Shown here in pieces: positions 57,331 to 64,000 of a stretch of 64,000 nt of DNA; the first letter of the stretch is position 1, and each line of letters begins with the position of its first letter. The notes under the pieces were generated by a model, which had not been told where the DNA came from, searched no databases, and saw nothing but the letters and a program-made list of their open reading frames with translations. Where the stretch lies: the sequence record OR544954, one strand, 5' to 3'. The DNA is from Escherichia phage vB_EcoM_EP32a. The translations under genes and the position numbers were made by a program.

Positions 57331-58503
57331 ATGTCTGATTTAAAATCTCGTCTGATTAAAGCTTCTACTTCTAAAATGACTGCAGACTTGACTAAGTCTA
57401 AGCTGTTTAATAATCGTGATGAAGTCCCTACTCGTATTCCGATGTTGAATATTGCATTAGGTGGTGCTCTGAATGCAGGATTGCAATCAGGCTTGACTAT
57501 TTTTGCTGCTCCTTCTAAACACTTTAAAACGTTGTTTGGACTAACTATGGTTGCAGCATATATGAAGAAATATAAAGATGCAATTTGTTTGTTCTATGAT
57601 TCAGAATTTGGTGCTTCAGAATCTTATTTTCGTTCAATGGGTGTTGATTTAGACCGTGTAGTTCATACACCAATTCAGTCAGTAGAACAACTTAAAGTTG
57701 ATATGACTAATCAGCTTGACGCGATTGAACGCGGTGATAAAGTTATTATCTTTATCGATTCAATCGGTAATACTGCATCTAAGAAAGAAACTGAAGATGC
57801 ATTGAACGAGAAAGTTGTAGGTGATATGTCTCGTGCTAAGGCACTTAAATCTCTTTTCCGTATTGTGACCCCGTATCTGACTATTAAAGATATTCCGTGT
57901 GTTGCAATTAACCATACCGCAATGGAAATTGGCGGATTGTATCCTAAAGAGATTATGGGCGGTGGTACAGGTATTCTTTATTCTGCTAACACTGTATTCT
58001 TTATCTCTAAACGTCAGGTTAAAGAAGGTACAGAATTGACCGGTTATGACTTCACGTTGAAAGCAGAAAAATCTCGTACAGTTAAAGAGAAATCTACTTT
58101 CCCGATCACGGTTAATTTCGATGGTGGTATCGACCCATTCAGTGGCTTGCTAGAAATGGCAACTGAAATCGGTTTTGTGGTTAAGCCTAAAGCCGGGTGG
58201 TATGCTCGTGAATTCCTTGACGAAGAAACAGGTGAAATGATTCGTGAAGAGAAATCGTGGCGTGCTAAAGCTACTGATTGTGTAGAATTCTGGGGACCGT
58301 TGTTTAAACACAAGCCTTTCCGTGACGCAATTGAAACTAAATATAAACTAGGTGCTATCTCTTCTATTAAAGAAGTTGATGACGCTGTTAACGACCTTAT
58401 TAATTGCAAAGCAACAACTAAAGTTCCGGTTAAAACTTCTGATGCTCCGTCTGCAGCAGATATAGAAAACGACCTTGACGAAATGGAAGATTTCGATGAA
58501 TAA
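57331..58503 (+). CDS. uvsX: recombinase UvsX (RecA-like)
   Basis: MSDLKSRLIKASTSKMTADLTKSKLFN...; Walker A AAPSKHFKT; 390 aa (T4 391 aa). Confidence 0.95.
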   Translation: MSDLKSRLIKASTSKMTADLTKSKLFNNRDEVPTRIPMLNIALGGALNAGLQSGLTIFAAPSKHFKTLFGLTMVAAYMKKYKDAICLFYDSEFGASESYFRSMGVDLDRVVHTPIQSVEQLKVDMTNQLDAIERGDKVIIFIDSIGNTASKKETEDALNEKVVGDMSRAKALKSLFRIVTPYLTIKDIPCVAINHTAMEIGGLYPKEIMGGGTGILYSANTVFFISKRQVKEGTELTGYDFTLKAEKSRTVKEKSTFPITVNFDGGIDPFSGLLEMATEIGFVVKPKAGWYAREFLDEETGEMIREEKSWRAKATDCVEFWGPLFKHKPFRDAIETKYKLGAISSIKEVDDAVNDLINCKATTKVPVKTSDAPSAADIENDLDEMEDFDE

Positions 58504-58837
58504 TCTCGATGATTTAAATCTAGAAATCGTTGATGAATCCCCTTCTTTGGAAGGGGAGGACATTCGCAAAGAACGAGTGTTTAATGAATCTCTTAAAATT
58601 GTCCGTTCAGCAATGGAAAATGTCATTCAAGAGATTCTGATTACACTTGAAGACGGTTCCCATCATATAGTCTATATTACAAAACTAGACTGGGTTGATG
58701 GTAAAATCGTAATGGACTTTGCAGTTCTTGACCAGGACAGAAAAGCAGAACTTGCGCCACATGTTGAAAAATGTGTTACAATGCAAGTACAACAAGCTTT
58801 TAATGAACGGACCAAGAAAAAATTTAAATTCTTTTAA
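58496..58837 (+). CDS. 40: gp40-like protein
   Basis: 113-aa ORF between uvsX and 41 (synteny); start overlaps uvsX stop. Confidence 0.55.
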   Translation: MNNLDDLNLEIVDESPSLEGEDIRKERVFNESLKIVRSAMENVIQEILITLEDGSHHIVYITKLDWVDGKIVMDFAVLDQDRKAELAPHVEKCVTMQVQQAFNERTKKKFKFF

Positions 58838-58846
58838 GGAGTTATC

Positions 58847-60289
58847 GTGGTAGAAATTATTTTGTCTCATCTAGTATACGACCAGGCTTATTTTTCTAAG
58901 GTCTGGCCTTATATGGATTCTGAGTATTTTGAGCGTGGACCGGCAAAAAACGTCTTTAAAATTATAAAGAGCCACGTTAACGAATATAATGCAATGCCGT
59001 CTATCAATGCATTAAAGGTGGCTTTAGATAACAGTTCTTTAACTGAAGCTGAATATAAAGGAACTTCAGACCTAATTGAAAAATTGGCTGATACTCCTGA
59101 AGACCATGAATGGCTGGTTAAAGAAACTGAGAAATATGTCCAGCAAAAAGCGATGTATAATGCTACGTCCAAAATCATTGAGATTCAGTCTAATGCTGAA
59201 CTACCTCCAGAACAACGTAACAAGAAAATGCCTGACGTAGGAGCTATTCCTGATATTATGCGTCAAGCACTTTCAATTTCGTTTGATAGTTATGTTGGAC
59301 ATGACTGGATGGAAGACTACGAAGCACGCTGGCTTTCTTATCTAAATAAAGCACGTAAGGTCCCGTTCAAATTAAACATTCTGAATAAAATCACTAAAGG
59401 TGGTGCTGAAACAGGTACACTGAATGTTTTAATGGCCGGTGTTAACGTTGGTAAATCTTTAGGCCTTTGTTCACTTGCTGCAGATTATCTTCAAACAGGT
59501 CATAATGTTCTTTATATTTCCATGGAAATGGCTGAAGAAGTTTGTGCTAAGCGTATAGATGCAAACATGCTTGACGTATCACTCGATGATATCGATGATG
59601 GTAACGTATCTTATGCCGAATATAAAGCCAAGATGGAAAAATGGCGTTCAAAATCCACATTAGGACGTTTAGTAGTTAAACAGTATCCTACTGGTGGAGC
59701 TAACGCTAATACATTTCGTGCATTGCTTAATGAGTTAAAACTTAAGAAGAACTTTGTGCCATCTGTAATCATGGTTGATTACTTAGGTATTTGTGGGTCT
59801 TGTCGTATCAGAGTTTACACTGAAAATAGCTACACATTAGTTAAAGCTATCGCAGAAGAACTTCGTGCATTAGCAGTAGAATCTGAAACAGTTCTATGGA
59901 CTGCAGCTCAAGTAGGACGTGCAGCATGGGATGCTTCGGATATGAACATGAGTGATATTGCAGAATCAGCAGGTTTACCAGCAACGGCAGATTTCATGTT
60001 GGCTGTAATTGAAACCGAAGAACTTGCACAAGCTGAACAACAACTTATCAAACAAATCAAATCACGATATGGTGATAAGAATAAGTGGAATAAATTCCTG
60101 ATGGGTGTACGTAAAGGCAACCAGAAATGGATTGAGATTGAGCAAGAAGGCATGAACACACCTAACACAGTAAATGAAAACGCAGGTGCTCAGATGCGTC
60201 AGGCAGAGGTGAATCGTACGGAACGCGTAGGTAAAGCCAAAGCAACACGGGCTGACCTAGATAGCTTAGCCAATGAGTTAAAATTTTAA
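58847..60289 (+). CDS. 41: replicative helicase gp41 (DnaB-like)
   Basis: MVEIILSHLVYDQAYFSKVWPYMDSEYFE...; Walker A MAGVNVGKSL; GTG start after AAGGAG; 480 aa. Confidence 0.95.
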   Translation: MVEIILSHLVYDQAYFSKVWPYMDSEYFERGPAKNVFKIIKSHVNEYNAMPSINALKVALDNSSLTEAEYKGTSDLIEKLADTPEDHEWLVKETEKYVQQKAMYNATSKIIEIQSNAELPPEQRNKKMPDVGAIPDIMRQALSISFDSYVGHDWMEDYEARWLSYLNKARKVPFKLNILNKITKGGAETGTLNVLMAGVNVGKSLGLCSLAADYLQTGHNVLYISMEMAEEVCAKRIDANMLDVSLDDIDDGNVSYAEYKAKMEKWRSKSTLGRLVVKQYPTGGANANTFRALLNELKLKKNFVPSVIMVDYLGICGSCRIRVYTENSYTLVKAIAEELRALAVESETVLWTAAQVGRAAWDASDMNMSDIAESAGLPATADFMLAVIETEELAQAEQQLIKQIKSRYGDKNKWNKFLMGVRKGNQKWIEIEQEGMNTPNTVNENAGAQMRQAEVNRTERVGKAKATRADLDSLANELKF

Positions 60290-60294
60290 TAAAA

Positions 60295-60313
60295 AGGAGA
60301 CTTCGGTCTCCTT
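60295..60313 (+). terminator. UUCG hairpin terminator after gene 41
   Basis: GGAGACttcgGTCTCC followed by TTTCGGGG. Confidence 0.5.
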
Positions 60314-60377
60314 TCGGGGTTTACATCTTCCTCTAGGCATGATATGATGTACTTACACCAACCAAGAGGAAAACATT

Positions 60378-60752
60378 ATGAATATGTCTCAAGCAATTTT
60401 TACTGCAATCACCGAAAACACAACTGTTGAAGTAGTTTCTCCACTGGCAACCTACGTTATTCTTGCTCCTAAAACTATTGTATCTCGTATGGAAAACATG
60501 GGCAAACGTATCGTACAAATTGTTGGAGCCGGAAATCAAAAACTTGATTATCTGCGAACCATCAAAGCTTATGAACATTTCCAACTCGAAAAAGGTTCTC
60601 CTATCCAGGTAGAACTTGTAAATGGTGATATCGTTCGAGCAATGTTCCATCATTTCTATGCATTGAATGACCCATCTAAAGCGGTTCGTTTAATTGCATA
60701 CGACGCAAACCAAAACGAAATCAACGCAGATATATCTAAATTACGTTTTTAA
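60378..60752 (+). CDS. hypothetical protein
   Basis: 124-aa ORF after AGAGGAAAACATT. Confidence 0.5.
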   Translation: MNMSQAIFTAITENTTVEVVSPLATYVILAPKTIVSRMENMGKRIVQIVGAGNQKLDYLRTIKAYEHFQLEKGSPIQVELVNGDIVRAMFHHFYALNDPSKAVRLIAYDANQNEINADISKLRF

Positions 60753-60756
60753 GTTT

Positions 60757-60806
60757 ACTTCTCCAGTAGTTGTGTTATTATAGACCTATCAACTACTGGA
60801 GAACAA
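60757..60806 (+). promoter_or_regulatory. early promoter cassette (near-duplicate of 19913-19962)
   Basis: GTTTACttctccagtagttgtgTTATTATagacctatcaactactggag. Confidence 0.5.
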
Positions 60807-60807
60807 A

Positions 60808-61125
60808 ATGAAAACCATCGATTGTAAAGCAGAATTTAAGATTTTTTATCACGGTTCAAGTAGTTCAGCTAACATCGAAAACATGCTTTGTCCTCCTGAG
60901 GAAACAGGAGTTCTGTCTGAAACTGGGCGTAAGAAAAACTTGGATCGTGTATTCTTTACCGAAGATATCGGTTTAGCAAAGATTTATGCAGGACGAGCAG
61001 CACGCTCTTATGGAGGTGAACCACGTCTCTATCGAGTAATTTCTCCGGTAGATGTAGTTCAAATGAATGATACTAAAGGCGCTACAGTTTATCACGCTGA
61101 ATGGGCATTTTGCGAGGAAATATGA
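60808..61125 (+). CDS. hypothetical protein, possible Arr-like ADP-ribosyltransferase fold
   Basis: FYHGSSS, RVFFTEDIGLAKIYAGRA, EPRLYRVISP resemble Arr motifs (FYHGT, IYFS...AVWGA, YIYIVEP) by eye; 105 aa. Confidence 0.5.
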   Translation: MKTIDCKAEFKIFYHGSSSSANIENMLCPPEETGVLSETGRKKNLDRVFFTEDIGLAKIYAGRAARSYGGEPRLYRVISPVDVVQMNDTKGATVYHAEWAFCEEI

Positions 61126-61313
61126 GCAAATTAACTAAAGTTACTTTTATTGGTTGGTTTAAAAGCGGTGAGATGTTCACTAAAGATATCATGTTATCAG
61201 GCGACCGTGAAGAAATCGAGTGGGTTGCGGTACAACTTGCTGAAGTGAACAAAGCATTAGTTAAAGCATTTGTTAATGACGAGAAAGTTTTTGAAGCTGA
61301 TTTCAGAGGATAA
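61122..61313 (+). CDS. small hypothetical protein
   Basis: 63-aa ATGA-coupled ORF. Confidence 0.4.
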   Translation: MSKLTKVTFIGWFKSGEMFTKDIMLSGDREEIEWVAVQLAEVNKALVKAFVNDEKVFEADFRG

Positions 61314-61314
61314 T

Positions 61315-61527
61315 ATGTATTCAACTGTGTTTAAACCATCAACATACGAATTTGCATCAACTACACAATGGAAAGCTCTTATTCTGGAAGGATGGGAACT
61401 AATGATGGACTGTGAAGCATCTGAAAAGTTTCCACACGGCAAAGTGGACTTCGTTAAATTTGCTGTACGTCCGACTAAACGACAGATTCGTCAAGAAAAA
61501 CGCAAATTTCGAAAAAGTTTAAAATAG
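61315..61527 (+). CDS. small basic protein with C-terminal VRPTKRQIRQEKRKFRK
   Basis: Shares the xVRPTKRQ[IL]R motif with ORF 33220-33390. Confidence 0.4.
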   Translation: MYSTVFKPSTYEFASTTQWKALILEGWELMMDCEASEKFPHGKVDFVKFAVRPTKRQIRQEKRKFRKSLK

Positions 61528-61587
61528 CTGTTTACAAGCACCACATACTGTGTTACTATCTTTCTATCAACTACAGAGGAAATTGAA

Positions 61588-61956
61588 ATGAAAAAATTAA
61601 TCGCTTTAGCAATGGTATTTGGATTAACCGGATGTGGTGCCCATGGCTTTATTCCTAATAACGTTGGCCAACTGATTTACAATCCGAATGTTAAACAGTA
61701 CAACCAACCTAAAGTTGAAGTGGAAGACCCGGTTACTGTAGGTAATCGAATGATTCAAGCCGATGCTCATGCTCAACGTTATCGTGATTCCGATACTGTA
61801 GCTATGTCAAAAGAACAGCGCGTTAAAGAACATTGCTTACAGGCTACTGAAATCGCATTCATTCGCTATGTTGAAACAACTGGTAAAGAGCCTACCCAGA
61901 AACAAATCGCGAATAACTATGTCCAGTGTATTGAACGTTTAAACAAATTTAATTAA
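61588..61956 (+). CDS. lipoprotein
   Basis: Signal peptide with lipobox MKKLIALAMVFGLTGC. Confidence 0.6.
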   Translation: MKKLIALAMVFGLTGCGAHGFIPNNVGQLIYNPNVKQYNQPKVEVEDPVTVGNRMIQADAHAQRYRDSDTVAMSKEQRVKEHCLQATEIAFIRYVETTGKEPTQKQIANNYVQCIERLNKFN

Positions 61957-62017
61957 TTGGTTTACACCAAAGTTAAAATAAGATACTATAAACATAACAA
62001 ATCAAGAGGAAATTAAC

Positions 62018-62266
62018 ATGGAATTATTCGTAGCTAGTTCAGTAGCAGTTTTAATCGCAGGTATTGGTTCAATCATCATTTACATGTTGCCTTGGGTAAT
62101 CGCACTTATTCGTGGCACAAAAAGCACAACAGCAATCTTCTTTGTATCTTTACTCTTTAACTGGACGATGGTTGGTTGGATTGGAACTTTAATTTGGTCT
62201 ATCGTTGCCGAAAAGAAATCGGCTCAGCAGCCTCAACAAGTAATTATTATTCGCGAAAAAGAATAA
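62018..62266 (+). CDS. small two-TM membrane protein
   Basis: Two hydrophobic segments; 82 aa. Confidence 0.5.
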   Translation: MELFVASSVAVLIAGIGSIIIYMLPWVIALIRGTKSTTAIFFVSLLFNWTMVGWIGTLIWSIVAEKKSAQQPQQVIIIREKE

Positions 62267-62329
62267 ACTTGTTTACATTATAGATGGACTATAGTATAGT
62301 AGTCCTATCAAATCAACTAAGGAGTTAAA

Positions 62330-62623
62330 ATGAAAAAGTTATCATTAGCAGCAATCTTACTTGCAGTATCATGTGCACCGGCTCCAGTTACGGCAGGTTA
62401 TGATAAAGACCTCTGTGAGTGGTCAATGACTGCAAATCAAGAAGATGTTGAACAACAAATCTTCTCTGATATCATGAACATCACTAAACGAGACCGTCCT
62501 AATATGGTTAATAAAGTTGTTCAACAACTTAAATCTGGCGGTATCATGCAGTACAATTATGTTTTGTATTGTGACCCTAATTTCGATAACAAAGATATCG
62601 TAACCGAAATCACAGGTGAATAA
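62330..62623 (+). CDS. sp: spackle periplasmic protein (superinfection exclusion / lysozyme inhibitor)
   Basis: Signal peptide MKKLSLAAILLAVSCAPA; GYDKDLCEWSMTANQ...SGGIMQYNYVLYCDPNFDNKDIVTEITGE matches T4 Sp as I recall it; 97 aa. Confidence 0.8.
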   Translation: MKKLSLAAILLAVSCAPAPVTAGYDKDLCEWSMTANQEDVEQQIFSDIMNITKRDRPNMVNKVVQQLKSGGIMQYNYVLYCDPNFDNKDIVTEITGE

Positions 62624-62624
62624 T

Positions 62625-63275
62625 ATGATTTATTACATGCACAAAAACGCGCCGTTTAAATATGGTAAATTTCCTAATGCACAATGTTATAATATAACGC
62701 CGAACGAAAATAATAATGGATACCATATTGGTATAATTTTTGTAATTGTTAAAGATAACGAAATCGTTGCCTGGGCAGATTTTAAAGGTACAACATATGA
62801 TGTTAATCCCGTGCCTTTCACATATTACAATATAATGGATTTGGCATATGATTATAATTGGTTTAATCATGACGCGTTGGCTCATATTGAAGGTGTAGGA
62901 TTTGACATCTCATATTCTAGTTATTCATTATGTCCTATGAGCCGAGCTCACGGTAAAGATGCATCATATCTTTCATTTCGGAAACGTGTAAACTTCAAAC
63001 GTAGTACAGAGTATGTTGGTGGGCTCTTTGTTAAAGATAATAAAATAACCCGTATTAGTTATCCTTTAAGTGTAGGTCAAAAAGATGTTGATGTTGATTT
63101 AGACTTAACTGAAAGTAACATTAATCGTATTGCTTCTGTATATTTTGATATCGATGAAAAAATTGTAGTGTGTGGATACGAATTACCACCTGAAGAAAAG
63201 GCTGAAACAATTGAAGTCGAATTAGAAATTTCTGTTGATGACCAAATATTTAATGCATTTATGAATCGAGGTTAA
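62625..63275 (+). CDS. hypothetical protein
   Basis: 216-aa ORF. Confidence 0.45.
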   Translation: MIYYMHKNAPFKYGKFPNAQCYNITPNENNNGYHIGIIFVIVKDNEIVAWADFKGTTYDVNPVPFTYYNIMDLAYDYNWFNHDALAHIEGVGFDISYSSYSLCPMSRAHGKDASYLSFRKRVNFKRSTEYVGGLFVKDNKITRISYPLSVGQKDVDVDLDLTESNINRIASVYFDIDEKIVVCGYELPPEEKAETIEVELEISVDDQIFNAFMNRG

Positions 63276-63276
63276 A

Positions 63277-63474
63277 ATGACTACTGCAATTTGCACTGGT
63301 TCTAAAATTAGTGTTTTTACAAGTTTTGAAGATTATGAAGTTGTTTCAAAACACCAATGCCATATTAGCGTAAAAGCTAATGACGGTGTAATTTGGAATA
63401 TTCCACAGTATGAAGGCACTACATATGAAGTCACAGATATAAATGGTGACAAAGCAATCTTTGTAATTGATTAA
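63277..63474 (+). CDS. hypothetical protein
   Basis: 65-aa ORF. Confidence 0.4.
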   Translation: MTTAICTGSKISVFTSFEDYEVVSKHQCHISVKANDGVIWNIPQYEGTTYEVTDINGDKAIFVID

Positions 63475-63493
63475 ATATACTCAGGAGGTACCT

Positions 63494-63961
63494 ATGGGTA
63501 TTATTAACACTGCAATAGATTCTGTTTACGCATATAAGTTTATTCGACTAATGCAAAAACCTTTTACCGAATGGAAAGCATACGAAGCCAAAATCATCGA
63601 TGAACGTGGAAGTGTTCTTAAACGTCCTTCTACTCCTGAAGAGAAAGCGGCTTATACACCTTTTCATGCTTCAGTTCGTTCAATGAAGCGAATGATGAGC
63701 ACTGTTCCAGGTCTTAATGGAATGGCCTCAATGATGTCTGCCTGGAGTGCTGTAGCTTCACGCTATAACATTACGGAAGAACAACAGAAAGAAATATTTA
63801 AAGAACTCCCTTTATTTGAGGATATGGTTGCTGGTGATTCAGGTGGCAACCCTCAAGCTATTGCATCAGGAACAACTACAGGTGCAGTCGTAAATAAAGG
63901 TCCAGAACAAATTCCTTCCAAGAAAAGAAAGCGAATTAAAGTAAATATTAATAAGTTGTGA
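63494..63961 (+). CDS. hypothetical protein
   Basis: 155-aa ORF after GGAGGTACCT; basic C-terminus. Confidence 0.45.
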   Translation: MGIINTAIDSVYAYKFIRLMQKPFTEWKAYEAKIIDERGSVLKRPSTPEEKAAYTPFHASVRSMKRMMSTVPGLNGMASMMSAWSAVASRYNITEEQQKEIFKELPLFEDMVAGDSGGNPQAIASGTTTGAVVNKGPEQIPSKKRKRIKVNINKL

Positions 63962-64000
63962 TATGATGGCCTTAAATTAATAAGGCCTCTGGAGAATACT

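Noticed and set aside
60289-64000. Primase gene 61 immediately after helicase gene 41
   Set aside because: No ORF of primase size or with a zinc-ribbon/TOPRIM pattern occurs before the window ends; the small ORFs and sp here fit the 61.x/sp block that separates 41 and 61 in T4-type genomes, so gene 61 probably lies beyond the window.

Overview
This window is a contiguous segment of a T4-like (Tevenvirinae) myovirus genome, read opposite to the conventional T4 map. The DNA polymerase and lysozyme are close to, but not identical with, T4; from memory the polymerase matches the RB69 lineage, which I cannot verify here. Order on the + strand: baseplate hub genes 5.4/5/53 (minus strand), then 4-2-3-1-57A-57B, an ipI-like internal protein, two tRNAs plus a structured RNA region, a hyperplastic block of small ORFs, nudE, lysozyme e, internal proteins, denV, regB, vs.1-like transglycosylase, tk, rI, a second hyperplastic block, nrdC, 49, nrdD, nrdG, nrdH, 55, 47, 46, 45.2, rpbA, 45, 44, 62, regA, 43, then 42, uvsX, 40, 41 and sp. 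The main finding is a sugar-activation gene module between gene 43 and uvsX (50680-57232), wrapped around dCMP hydroxymethylase gene 42: an arabinose-5-phosphate isomerase, a fused nucleotidyltransferase/kinase, a HAD-like phosphatase, a Cys-cluster protein, a candidate transferase and a second P-loop kinase. No alpha- or beta-glucosyltransferase is visible where T4 carries them. I read this as a pathway for a non-glucose (probably pentose) hypermodification of hmC DNA; arabinosyl-hmC has, as far as I recall, been reported for RB69, but the enzyme assignments here are inference. Other points: gene 46 loses its reading frame where the Walker B motif should be; two ORFs carry in-frame stop codons; recurrent palindromic early-promoter cassettes; several small paralogous families; and candidate counter-defence genes (macro domain, Arr-like fold, nucleotidyltransferase-fold proteins, internal proteins). 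All calls rest on reading the supplied six-frame translations and the sequence by eye; no searches were run.
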